Shown: positions 39,843 through 52,912, counted from the first letter of the stretch. The stretch: DNA of 64,000 nt from Octopus bimaculoides (GCF_001194135.2 NC_068994.1:36103896-36167895); one strand, 5' to 3'. Made by a program: numbers and translations. The notes: a model not told the origin generated them from the letters alone.

Positions 39843-41172
39843 ATAAAATCACAAAAGCATAAATGGACACATGAGGAATATATTTCAATCCTACATGCTT
39901 ATTTTACAGCATTACTCAACCCACAGAATGAAAATACAACATATATATATAAAATCTGGAAGAAAAATAACCTAGAAAAAAATTTAAATAAAGCAAGGCA
40001 CCTTAATGAACTAGCTAACATATGGAAATATATTCTCAAAGCAAAAATAATATCAGAAATACAACACTTAAAAGAAAAAATACATCAGGAAAATGTAGAT
40101 AGTAACCACACAGCAATTCCAAATAATATCATAAGCACTGGGACCGTAAAATACGAAGACAGACGTAACATGTCCAACAAAAATGAAGTAAACAATGAAA
40201 GACAACAAATCCAGACTGTAAGAATATTTAATGATGAACAAAATGCACCAAACCAGAACACTACAGACAAAAATATTAACAAGAGGGAATATGAAACAAA
40301 TCTAAAGCCTGGAAACAGAGAAGGTGAAACTAATGATTATGATACTCTGGAAATGAGCATAATCAAAGAATTGAAAGCCATAGATCTCAGTATGGACCAC
40401 CAATTATATCTCCCAAAACTTAAAACTGATAATAAAACAACATCAGTTATAAATGGCATGAATCTGGCTGTCACAGAACTAATAGCCACAAAAACAAATG
40501 TCAATATGACCAGGTTAAATGATATAATATATGCAGCAGTCTCTGTGGCCACAAAAGAAGCTGGATACCCACTAAAACCCATCTAAACAGGAGCATCACC
40601 ACCCAAACAAACCCTGTGGATAAATAATATCCAGAAAAAAATAGAAAATAAGAGAAAGGCTCTGTCAATCCTTAATGAAATTAGTAGGCAATCAACACTA
40701 CTAAGCAACAAGAAGAGAAGAAAAATACTACATAAATACAAAATTACAGAACAAGGTATAGCTGAGGTAAAAGAACAGTTAAAGCAAGATATTCTCACCA
40801 AAGCACAAAGAATCCACCTGTAAGAGAAACGCCAACGTTTCTTTCAACAAAACAAACAGTTCAACTCTCACCCCAAAAGATTCTACCAAGAACTTGACAA
40901 AAATAAAATAGAGATCAATGCAGCACCAATAGCAGAAGAAGTGGAAGAATTTTGGAAAGAAATACGGTTAGGGAAGGAACAGCCTCAGCAGAGATCTATC
41001 AAAACAACGAACACAGCACATGAACAACTCTGGACCCCTATAACAACTGAAGAAGTCACTCAGGCACTGCAAAAACTAAGCAATTGGAAGGCACCTGGGC
41101 ACAAGATCCCCAACTTCTGGTCAAAATACCTAACAGGAACACATAAAAAGCTGGCTGAGAAATTTAATGAAA
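39843..41172 (+). mobile_element. R4/Dong-clade LINE ORF, N-terminus to start of RT, truncated by gap
   Basis: One frame from 39843 to the gap with only two stops (40584 and about 40821): KHKWTHEEYISILHAYF at the N-terminus, KRFYQEL..P..EEVEEFWKEI, and WKAPGHKIPNFWSKYL at the RT start. Confidence 0.85.
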
Positions 41173-41722
41173 NNNNNNNNNNNNNNNNNNNNNNNNNNNN
41201 NNNNNNNNNNNNNNNNNNNNNNNNNNNNNNNNNNNNNNNNNNNNNNNNNNNNNNNNNNNNNNNNNNNNNNNNNNNNNNNNNNNNNNNNNNNNNNNNNNNN
41301 NNNNNNNNNNNNNNNNNNNNNNNNNNNNNNNNNNNNNNNNNNNNNNNNNNNNNNNNNNNNNNNNNNNNNNNNNNNNNNNNNNNNNNNNNNNNNNNNNNNN
41401 NNNNNNNNNNNNNNNNNNNNNNNNNNNNNNNNNNNNNNNNNNNNNNNNNNNNNNNNNNNNNNNNNNNNNNNNNNNNNNNNNNNNNNNNNNNNNNNNNNNN
41501 NNATATATATACATATATATATATACATAAATACATATATATGCATGTATACATGTATATATATACATATATACACATATATACATATATATATACACAT
41601 ATAGATATATATATATACACACATATATGTATACATATATACATACATATGTATATATATAAACATATATATACACACATATAGATATATATATACATAT
41701 GTATAAATATATACATATAATT

Positions 41723-41754
<32 letters not shown>

Positions 41755-42564
41755 TTATACATATATATATACATATATACACATATACATGTGTGGTAGG
41801 AAGGAAGAGTAGATAGAATGCTGAAGAAAGAATAGAAGTATAAAGTATCAATTAGTGATAGATAAATTTATACACATGTACTGCTGGAAGTAATGTTCAA
41901 ATCTCCTAATGGTAGGGATTACTCCCAAAATGGCCTATGATATGATTCCCTAATTTCTAGATAATAGAAGGGTTGAGAAATAGTGAAGAATATAGGGAAG
42001 TTGATTGGAAAGGATTAGGCGAAATGGAAAACAAAATGAAGCCGGTCTGTTGAAGAGGCAGGAAATATTAACATCCATATAGGAATTTTTGAAAGCATAA
42101 TTTCATGGATATGGGACATGGGTAAGAAAATCAGACATAGCGCTTGTGGCTAAAGCATTAATCTTTACAATGCAGGAATAAGCTCTGGGGAAAGCTACCT
42201 CAAATTCAATTGGAAGAAAAGCACTGAATTTCTATACAGAATGTTTTTCAAAAGTAGTGAAATATAGAACATTTGAAAGGTGAGTGCTATGAATTATATC
42301 AGAGAGAAAATAGTCCTGATAATGTCACATGAATTGTCTACTGAGAATTATTCTTTCCTTCATTTTTTTTACTTGTTTCAGTCATTGGATTGTGGCCTTG
42401 CGAGGGTACATTCTTGAATGGTTTAGTCAAAAAAGTTGACTCCAGAACTTATTTTTTAAAAATCTAGTACTTATTCTATTGGTCTCATTTGCCAAAATGC
42501 AAAGGCATGAGGAGGTAAAAAAATTAATACCAGTTGTCATGCGGTGGGGTGGGGAACACACACA

Positions 42565-42617
<53 letters not shown>

Positions 42618-42774
42618 GATGGGTTTCTGCACAGTTTCTGTCTACTAAATTCACTCACACGGCTTTGGTTGGTTCCAAAGTTAAAGTAAATGACACTGCT
42701 AAAGGTACCATGCAGTGAGATTGAACCTGATACCATGTAGTTGCAAAGTGATCTTCTTAACCACACTGTCAAAA

Positions 42775-43330
42775 GAATATATAAGTGAGGACAACTAAAT
42801 AAGAACACAAACCCTTCCAGCATGATTAAGTTTAAGGATAACGAAATTCTTAAAGATTTCATCTTTTATGTGACCATGAAACAGAAAAAAGATACTAGAG
42901 ATATTGGAACAAAGAACAAGAAGTAAGAAAAATGCAAAGTATCTTAAAAAGTGGTTATAATTAATGACAGTAGATGTTTTATCTATGGTCATAGAATCTA
43001 TAGGCATGGTCCTTAATGAATTAAACAAAGAGTTAAAGGAAATGGGGTTATATATGTGATATCTGCAGTAACAAAATCTCTAAGTATTGTCTATAATAAA
43101 TTAGACAAATGGCTAACTAAAATAAGAATCAAAATTAAGACAGTATACTTCCAAAATTCTACTTTAAAAACATGTGGAACTATCCAGAAAAATACAAGAG
43201 ATATGGATAATGCACCAAATAAAAGTATGAAAGTCTTTGGAACACAAATCTTACCAGTTATTCATTCCTAATACCAGCAAATGCCAGTTTAAAATCATTT
43301 AACCAAAAAAAAGAAAATAATAATAATAAT
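42775..43330 (+). mobile_element. Degenerate R4/Dong restriction-like endonuclease tail(s)
   Basis: TVDVLSMVIESIGMVLNELNKELKEMG and ISAVTKSLSIVYNKLDKWLTKIRIKIKTVYFQNSTL; ends at (TAA)n 43317-43330. Confidence 0.5.
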
Positions 43331-44192
43331 GTAATAATTGTGATATCCTAAAACCAAGGTACCACATAAAAAACACTAGTGATGGTGCCCCATAAAAAGC
43401 ACTGGTGCCGGTGCCACATTAAAAGCACTAGTGAAGGTACCACATAGAAAGCACCTAGTACGATCTGTAAAGGAGGGCATCCAGCTGTAGAAACCAAGCC
43501 AAAAACTGACTATGGAACCTCATGCTGCCCTTGGCCATGCCAAATCTTCTTAAGACATCCAACCAATGCCAGCATGGAAAACAAATGTCAATTGTTAATG
43601 ATGAGGATGGCGATAGTTGATTCTTTAACAGAGCCAAAGCATTTAAGATATGGACAATGGCATATCTGGAATGTATATCACTAAGAGTAACCCCAAAATT
43701 TGCTACCCCACCCAAGCAGACAGAAAAGTGATGTCCCCATAAAAGCGTTGCTCAGGGATGACTGGTCCCCTTTACCGCCAGCTAAGTTACTGGATGTGAA
43801 GAGGAAAGGATGTAACAAAGAAAATGAAAAAAACAGACGATAACTTAAACAAGCAAAAGAACATTTTAACAACAACAGAGATCTTTGGTTTTCTATTTTG
43901 GTATTGTTCTCAATAACTCATCTCCACTGAACAGTTTGGATCAATAAAACTCTTATTCACACATCTCAATTAGCCTCTATTAGAAACCTATTTACCCATT
44001 TCAATTTGAACCCATTCACCCACACACACATCTCATAAGAAGTTCGGTGGAAGAGGAGATGATCCATTTCTTTTATTTGCCATTCATTTTTTTTAATAGG
44101 TAATGATCTCATCAGTCATAAGTTACTGTCCTGCCACTATTTCAGTTATGCTATCCACTCAGCTTTTATGGGACAAACTCGCTGTTTGTCTG

Positions 44193-44231
<39 letters not shown>

Positions 44232-44386
44232 GTCTCTCTCTCCACACACACACACACACTCTTCCACACACACATACATACATTCACACACACTCTTCCA
44301 CACATACATACATACATACATACATTCACACACACACACATAAATACATGCATGAAACATACATACATATATGGATAGATATTTAA

Positions 44387-44653
44387 AATTATTTAAAATT
44401 ATAATACAGGGCATCTAAGAGATACCGCCACGCTGAAAAATAGCAGTCAAATTCTGACTCTAAAACCACAATAAATGTCCACATAGTACAAGGAGCGAAG
44501 ACGAAGACAAAATAAACAAGATACTTATTTGGTCTTCGTCTTCGCTCCTTGTACTATGTGGACATTTATTGTGGTTTTAGAGTCAGAATTTGACTGCTAT
44601 TTTTCAGCGTGGCGGTATCTCTTAGATACCCTGTATTATAATTTTAAATAATT
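44387..44653. repeat. Long palindrome, 122-bp arms, 23-nt spacer
   Basis: 44387-44508 is the reverse complement of 44532-44653 with one mismatch (C44412/A44628). Confidence 0.95.
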
Positions 44654-44790
44654 ATTACCTTTGATGGTTTTTATTGCCATGCTGGCCACTTGATAAGACC
44701 AATATTTTAAATATCGATCTTATCCTTATTTATATAAATTAATATATGGATAGATAGATAGATAGATAGATAGATAAACAGATAGATAGA

Positions 44791-44970
44791 TAAAGATAGA
44801 TATGGCTGGTTTATGGGGTTACCCTGGGTTTCACAGCCATACAGTGCTTAGTTCTACAGTGTTTCTTCAGACCCTTTGTGAGTTTAGGGTCTGAAGAAAT
44901 GCTGTAGAGCTATGCACTTTATGGCCATGAAACCCAGGGTAACCCCATAAACCAGCCATATCTATCTTTA
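44791..44970. mobile_element. Fold-back MITE-like element, 85-bp arms, 10-nt loop
   Basis: 44791-44875 versus 44886-44970, 7 mismatches; core TA|tggctggtttatgggg...ccccataaaccagcca|TA suggests a Tc1/mariner-type TA target. Confidence 0.85.
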
Positions 44971-45828
44971 GCTACATAGCTTATCTGTATAAGTTAAAGA
45001 GTGTTTCTGTTTTGGATTTTTGATTTACTGATGATACATATATCTATATCTATCTATCTATCTATATACTCTTTCTTTTACTTGTGTCAATCATTTGACT
45101 GTGGCCATGCTGGAGCACCGCCTTTAGTCGAGCAAATCGACCCCAGAGCTTATTTGTTTGTAAGCCTAGTACTTATTCTATCAGTCTGTTTTGCTGAACC
45201 GCTAAGTTACAGAGACGTAAACACATCAGCATCGGTTGTCAAGCAATATTGGAAGGACAAACACAGACACACAAACATACACACATACATATACATATAT
45301 ATACATATACGATGGGCTTCTTCCAGTTTCCGTCTACCAAATCCACTCACAAGGCTTTGGTCGACCCGAGGCTATAGTAGAAGATACTTGCCCAAGCAGA
45401 TTTTCTATAGCCAGATGATCTTCTTGTCACCAACCTTCACTTTTTTCCAGGCAAGATATTTCCCTATAGCCAGACTTGTTTTCATGGGTGATTGAAAAGG
45501 AATGACACCACTTGTATGATGGTGATACTTATTTACAACCATCACACGATATCAAGTCAACGTTACACACACACACACACAAAACGCACACACACATCTT
45601 ATCTTTCATCTTCTATTTTTTATTTGTTTTAGTTATTTGACAGCACCTTTGTTAGGGCACAATCCTGAAGAATTTTTATTCAACTGGATTGGCCCCAGTA
45701 CTTCTTTTATTCTAAAGCCTAGTACTTATTCTATTGGTCACTTTTGCTGAACCAATACGTTGAGGGGATGTAAACATACCAACACCAGTTGTCAAGTAGT
45801 GGAGTGAAGACAAACACAGACACCAACA

Positions 45829-45879
<51 letters not shown>

Positions 45880-46408
45880 ACATACAAAGGGCTTCTTTCA
45901 ATTTTCACCTACCAAATCCACTCACAAGGCTTTATTTGGCCTGAGGCTATAGAAGAAAGCCCTTGCTCAAGGTTCCACACAGTGGAACTGAACCCGGAAC
46001 CATGTGGTTGGGAAGCAAGTTTCTTAATCATACTGTCATTGACAGTAGCAGTAAAGACAACAATGAAAATGAGGATAATTAAAAATAATATCATCTTATA
46101 AGTAACGCATTTCCTTTTACATCTGTTTCAATAAATGCTATATTTGTTCACTGTTAGTGAACAAATATAGCAGAATGACTAAAATAACATACAGATTATC
46201 ACCTCTTATAAAGATGTCAAAACAAATTCTAGCTGAGAAAGTGATTAGTGAATGTGATAAATCTAGCTAGGTGGCACCAGCTTTGAGAACTTTTCAAAAT
46301 TCTCATGGTTGGCAACACTAAGAATTTCAGAACAGCTAAAATAATTGCAGACATAAGAACAGAAAATATCAATAAAAATTCATTATATACTGGGTTTGTG
46401 TATGCGTA

Positions 46409-46442
<34 letters not shown>

Positions 46443-46861
46443 AGGTGGGGCATGTGTCTGTGTTTGTGTACACACACACACATATATACACACTCTCACA
46501 TACACACATTTATATATGTATGTACAGAAAGTGAAGGCACGTGGTTTAGTGGTTAGGGTATTCAGCTTGCAATCGTAAGGTCGTGAGTTCAGTTCCTGGT
46601 GATGCATTGTGTCCTTGAGCAAGACACGTTATTTCATATTGCTCCAGTTCAGTCAGCTGGCAAAAATGCATAGTACCTGTATTTCAAAGGGCCAGTCTTG
46701 TCACATCCTGTGTCATCCTGAATCCTCCCTAAGAACTACATTAAGGGTACAGATGTCTGTGGAGGGCTCAGCCACCTGCATGTTAATTTCAAAAGCAGGC
46801 TGTTCCATTGATCAAATCAACTGGAATCTTTGTCACCGCAACCAGTAGGGTGCCAGTTGAT

Positions 46862-46898
<37 letters not shown>

Positions 46899-47258
46899 AG
46901 ATAGATAGAAAGATATACATGTATGCACTCACAGATATACACCATTGTCATCATTGTTTTAAAACAAACTTTTCCTTGCTCACATGAGTTGGTAGACATA
47001 AGTGGATTTGGTAGACATAAACTGAAAGAAGCCCATCATATATACCTTGTGTGTGTGTGGTTGTGTGTGTGTGTGAGTGTGTGCGCATGTGTTTGTGCCT
47101 TTGTCTAGCCATCACATTATGGTTGTAAATGAGCATCACCATCATACAAGTGAGGTTGTTTGTTTCCAGTCTTCTATGATAAAATCTTTTCTTAGAAACA
47201 GATGAGGGTTGGTGACACAAAGGACATCCAGTTGTAGAAAATCTGCCTCAACAGATTT

Positions 47259-47483
47259 TATGATGACGATGATAATGATGATGATGTTGATAATTACGAT
47301 GATGATGACTATGATGATGATGACAATGATGACAACTATGATGATGGCAACAACAATGCTCATGATAACAATGCTACTGCTGCTGCTGCTGCTGCTGATG
47401 ATGATGATGATGGTAATAACAACAATAACAATGATGATGATGACTACACTGATGATGATGACAACGACGATGATGATGATGAC
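47259..47483. repeat. Long imperfect (GAT/AAC/GCT)n trinucleotide tract
   Basis: About 225 bp, directly after an RTE-tailed SINE. Confidence 0.9.
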
Positions 47484-47879
47484 GAGAAAGATAAAGTACG
47501 AAATCAAATCAGGATTTGAACTCAGAATATAAAGAGACATTACTAAACATCAAAAAGCACTTTGTCTAGTTCTCTGATTATTTTGCCACCCACCACCTTA
47601 ATAATTTTCTTAGACATCAGTATCATCATCATTATTATATTTAATAAGATAGATTGTCAGAATTGATTGAACTTGTATTATTTAGTTACTGCTTTTTATG
47701 TTCTCAGTTCAAATCCTGCTGAGGTAAATCTTGCATTTCATCCTTCCGGCATCAATAAAATAAAGTACCAGTTAAGTACTGGAGTTAATTTAATTGTCAA
47801 TACACTTTCCTACAAAATTTTAGGCATTGTGCCAATGTTAGAAATCAATGGAGAGTCAAAGAAAAGATTGAAATAGTTA

Positions 47880-48120
47880 AGAACTAAAAATTAGAAGTTA
47901 GAAAGATCTGGTCGTTTTAAAATGTAGAAATATCTTTCTATAGAAAACTGGCACTCTAGGAGTGTTTAGCTAAATATTCAAAGAGTTTAATAAATGACTA
48001 GAACCATAAGTGAGCTTGGAACAATTCCAAAAGACTGTTTTGCTTGGAACAGATAGAATATGAAGAAAAACACTCGATTATTAACCTTCAGACCTTAGGT
48101 CACTGGATGGGACTAGATTT
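47880..48120 (+). mobile_element. R4/Dong LINE 3' end
   Basis: LEVRKIWS...EQFQKTVLLGTDRI*RKTLDY*, cf. the QKxALLGTARILRKVL terminal motif. Confidence 0.7.
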
Positions 48121-48406
48121 CAAGGAAAAACAAACAAAGCAAACCATCAAAGCTTTGAAAGTAAAATCATAAATAATCAATCAAACTATAATAAAATCTT
48201 TGTAGAGAAAGATGTTTTATGGGCAAAACTATATTTAAGTAAACACTAAAAGCTACGTCAATATTCTCCTTGATAGTGAGGCCATTCATGTTTGTGAGGA
48301 TAATTTTCATTTGAATAAACATTAGCTTCACTTCATATACTGTTGTGTATGTTGATTAGAAATAGTAAACTTTGTTACCTACTTTACACAGATCATAAAA
48401 TAATTT

Positions 48407-48468
48407 ATGAAAGAAAAGAACGGAGTTGTGTACATGCTGTTAATAGCTATAACGGTGGTTGGTGTTAA
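48407..48468 (+). CDS. Candidate first coding exon with hydrophobic N-terminus (MKEKNGVVYMLLIAITVVGV)
   Basis: Strong acceptor ctttgttacctactttacacag| (48391), in-frame stop then ATG at 48407, donor AA|gtatgt. Confidence 0.3.
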
Positions 48469-48948
48469 GTATGTGTTTTTTTTTTATTCTACTATAAATT
48501 TAGTGAGAGGTATAAATTTAGTGAGAGGTATAAAATTAGTGAGTGATAAACCAGTATATCATAGGTAAAATTCCACTGAGTTAATACTTGTTTCCAGTTA
48601 TTCAATGATTGACTTGAGATGCATAGAATTATATTTCTATAAAATGCTTATAATGTAGCCATTGGTGGAATATAATGCAGCACATATACCTACTCTCTTT
48701 TTTTTTCTCCAAATGAAATACTACTTTATAGGCACACATGTGACTGAGTGGGTGAGCTTCAGACCTATGGCATGGTATTTTGAACAAATGTGTTCTATTC
48801 TAACCCAACAAATGCTTTATGAGTAAATTTGCTAGAACATGTATGTATGTATGGATGGATGGATGTACCTATGTAAGTATATATGTATGTACACACATGT
48901 ACGTGTGCATGTGTGTGTGTATATATATACACACTCTCAATATATGTT

Positions 48949-48990
<42 letters not shown>

Positions 48991-49539
48991 ATCCTTTGAG
49001 TTTTTTTTTCCATCCAAGGACTTTTTAACTAAACATTCTACACACTATTATTTATATCTTCATCTACTTTGAATTCCCTCATTAAAAATAATTTACTTCG
49101 TATGTCTTATAATTTGCTTGGGATTTTCAATCATAAGAAACTTGTTAAATAGCAAGCATCTGACAATCAAATTAGTTCTTGTACATTACAGATTCTTTAT
49201 TACATCAACCACAGGATAGTGAAAGTCAAAGTTGACTTCAGTGGAATTCAAGTTCAGACCATAAAGTGCAGGAATTAAGTACCATAAAAAAATTCTGTTC
49301 AACTTTAGCAGTTCTGCTGACACAATAACTCTTATCAGTTATTAATACACTTACTGATATTCCATAACTACAGCACCATTCAAACAGTAGTGTACTGAGA
49401 GGAAAATAATGGGGTGACACTTTTACAGCAGTAATTTTAGGCTTACTGTATAAGTCAGTATAGGGGCTAAGCAAGTGGGGAGCACAAACTCAAGGGTTGC
49501 CCCAAGTGGCACACACTCTGACTAAGCTATTGCATTCAA

Positions 49540-49735
49540 ACACACCTTGGTTGCTGAACTAATGAGGGATCCCTTGTGTGGTCACCTGATCGACCAGAAA
49601 TCACAGCCAAATGTTTTTAAAATAAGATACCTTGGATAATATAGTTCTGGGTTCACTGTTACAATTAGAACTATGTTGATCATCACAGGCCTGCTCAATC
49701 AGGGCTAACCTATGGTTAAACAGAAACACCATCAA
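49540..49735 (+). mobile_element. SINE family 5 (gaccagaaatagcagccaaat...gatcataggcctgctcaatcagggctgacctggggctaaacaac)
   Basis: Copies: 53015-53225 (+), 37860-37890 (tail), 16385-16560 (-), 62405-62620 (-). Confidence 0.6.
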
Positions 49736-49989
49736 CAAAAGCAATATCAGAAAAAATACTTGGTGGCATTTCTTCTGACTTTACATTCTGAGTGCAAATG
49801 CCATTGAGAGTGACTTTGCTTTTCCTCCTTTTGGGGTTGATGAAATAAGTACCAGTTGAATATTGGGGTCAATGTAATTGACTACCACCCACACCCTAAA
49901 AGGAAAAAAAGAAAAATACCCAGGGTTTGCGCTTATAGTAGAGAGGATTGTTATTATTGTAATATGAAAACTCACACCTTATTTTGCTG

Positions 49990-50350
49990 GGCATGATGGC
50001 AAGTGTCAGCTGTCCACAGCTAGCAGACTAAGGTGATACTTGGTTTACTGGACATGCTTCAAGAACCATGCAAAGAATTCTTGCAGTTCCAAGCAAAGCT
50101 GATTTTTGTTGGTGTTCTACCTTCACACTTGCACCAATCTTTTTCAGCCGTGTTGGCAGTTGAGTGCTGATACTTTCAAATACACCAATTACTATTAGTA
50201 TCACATCTATTCTACTCATTGACCACAACCTTCGTATTCCCCACTTCAAATCATTATAGCTGTTTATTTTTTCTTCTTTCACATTGAGCCTGTTGTCACC
50301 AGGGTATGCTGTGTCAATTATCATACATGTTCCTTTCTGTGGAAGAGCGT
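49990..50350 (-). mobile_element. R4/Dong LINE 3' end (REL endonuclease)
   Basis: ORF 50028-50378: CMIIDTAYPGDNRLNVKEEKINSYNDLKWGIRRLWSM...QKSALLGTARILCMVL. Confidence 0.85.
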
Positions 50351-52844
50351 AGGCTCGAAACATTAAGGACTTTTTCACTTCCCGAGCGTTATACTAAAAC
50401 ATCTGTTTGTTTTCTACACCACCTGTCTTCGTCTTTTGTTTTTTTTTTGTGAATTCTCCCTATATATATATATATATATATATACGACGAGCTTCTTTCA
50501 GTTGCCGTCTACCAAATCCACTCTCAAGGCTTTGGTTGGCCTGAGGCTATAGCAGAAGACACTTGCCCAAGGTGGCACTCAGTGGAACTGAATCCAGGAC
50601 CATGTGGTTGGGCAGAGGTCCCTTTTGCAGTTGATAAAATGAGGTACCAACTGAGCATAGGGGTAGATGTAATCGATTCATTTCCTTCCCTAAAATTGCT
50701 TGCATTGAGCCAAAATTTGAGACCAATATCTTAATTAACAGAGGGTTGTGGATTGGCAGACTCATAAGTGTCTGAGATGAAACTCATTGCAGTATGTATT
50801 TAGTTATAGCTTTTCAAATTCTGAGTTCCAATCATACCAAGATCAACTTTACCATTCATTCTTTTGAAATCAATAAAATAAAGTACCAATCAAGTACTAG
50901 GATTAATTTAATCAACTATATCTTCCTCCTCCAAAAATTGCATGACCTTATGCTATGTTAAAAATCAATATTACAATTAACCTAACAGCACATACCATAA
51001 TAACTTTCTCACAACTGTTCCATTGCAACTGAGAAGCTTTATTATCAAGTGAGGAGACTTAGCATAAGCATTCAGGCACCAAACCTAGCCAGAGCCAGAT
51101 ATATTCTCTCCGAACTGTACTATCATGGCTTTATGTCTTTCAGAATTAATTCTCGTCTCACAAACAAAATTCTAAGATTTCTCAAACTGTTGTTTCTTGG
51201 ATTATTTGAGAAATAATAAAAAAAAGTTTTGATATGGATTTGAAATGATTTTGGTTTCAAACTTTGGCACAAGGCCAGCAGTTTCAGGGAAGTGGGTAAG
51301 TCAATTAGATCGATCCCAGTGTTCAACTGGTACTTATTTTTTCGACCCTGAAAGGTTGAAAGGCAAAGTTGACTTAAGTGGAATATGAACTCACAACATA
51401 AAGATGGACAAAATGCTGCTAAGTATTTTTCCCAGTATGCTAATGATTCTACCAGTTCTTACCTTTGGACATGAAATAATATTGATGAATATTACTATTC
51501 TTAACTATCTCAAAAATTATAGGATACAAATTGTAAAACCTTGAACAGAAATTTAGAAATATAAAATAAATATATAGAAATCAATGAATATTTACACATG
51601 GTGTCAAAAAGATACTGAATTTATAAGAGTGAATGTAAGTGTATATTTGTAGAGGTGTGTATGAGTGAGTGTGTGTGTTTGTGTCTCTTGGCGTGTCTGT
51701 GTTCAACATTTTTTCTTTCTTCCCCACTCTTAATATTCTAAAATTTAACAGAAAACATCATTTAGCAAGAAGCAAGCTCCCAGTTGGTTAATACATGATC
51801 TGGTACACAACAATGGTTTTTAATTATCACTTGCTGCAAGTTCACTTCATTTTTACCACTAATACCATTAAGGAAAGACATAAATATTGATTTCTAGCAA
51901 AAGCATAAGACCTCAGATTTAGGGAATGTATATAATCGATGAAATCAACACCAGAGACATATATCCTGGGTGTGTTGTGTGAGTGCAGCATGGTCATCAA
52001 TGGTGATAAATTTTCTTCATAATAATTCTGATCATACAATGTTACAATATAGTCTTGTCACAACAATAATAACAACAACAACAGCAGCAGTAGCATATAC
52101 ATATTAATGTATAGAAATAACCTAAAGTTTGTATCCTTTATCTCTAACCTTTTACTTGCTTCAGTCAGCCATGCTGGGGCACCGCCTTGAAGAATTTTTA
52201 GTCGAATAAATCAACCCCAGAACATATCATTTTTTAAAGCTTGGTCCTTATTCTCAGATGTCAAGTGGTGGTGTGGGACAAACACAGACACACAAGTACA
52301 TCCACTCACAAGGCTTCGGTTGGCCCAAGATTATAGCAGAAGGCATATGCCCAAGGTGCTACACTGCTGGACTGAACCTAGAACATGTGACTGAGAAGCC
52401 ATGCCTGTATGTTTATTTTTTAGTAGTAATATTTTTACCAGAGTAGTGGGCTCAGCATGACACCACACTGTGACTGCCACTACAGATCAACACTTGTGTT
52501 CAACTGGTACTCTTTTTATTGATCACAGAAGGATAAAAAGACTAAGACAGGCCAGGCAGGATTTGAACCCATGAATATTAAAGTAATCTGTATGTCATTT
52601 TGTAAGATTCTTGGTGTGAACTTGTGTTAAAATGTATTTTGTTGTATCTTGAGAGACAAACCTGAAGCAGACCAGGAGTAGAGATCTGTGACCAAGCAAG
52701 AGCACCGTCTTGACAGGGTTTAGCCAAGCAAATCAACCTCTGTACTTATTTTGTAAACTTGACACTTATTCTAATGGTCTCTTTTGCTGAACCACTAGGT
52801 TATGCAGATGTAAACAAACCAAGTTATCAAATTGGTAGTGGTGG

Positions 52845-52912
<68 letters not shown>

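Noticed and set aside
43358-43454. 26-bp direct-repeat array (ggtgccacataaaaagcactagtgat, about 3.7 copies) as CRISPR
   Set aside because: No spacers or cas genes; it is the internal subrepeat of an RTE-tailed SINE (also near 1710-1790) in eukaryotic DNA.
32162-46610. tRNA genes at SINE heads (e.g. 32162, 46535)
   Set aside because: A/B-box-like heads run directly into SINE bodies; no complete cloverleaf.
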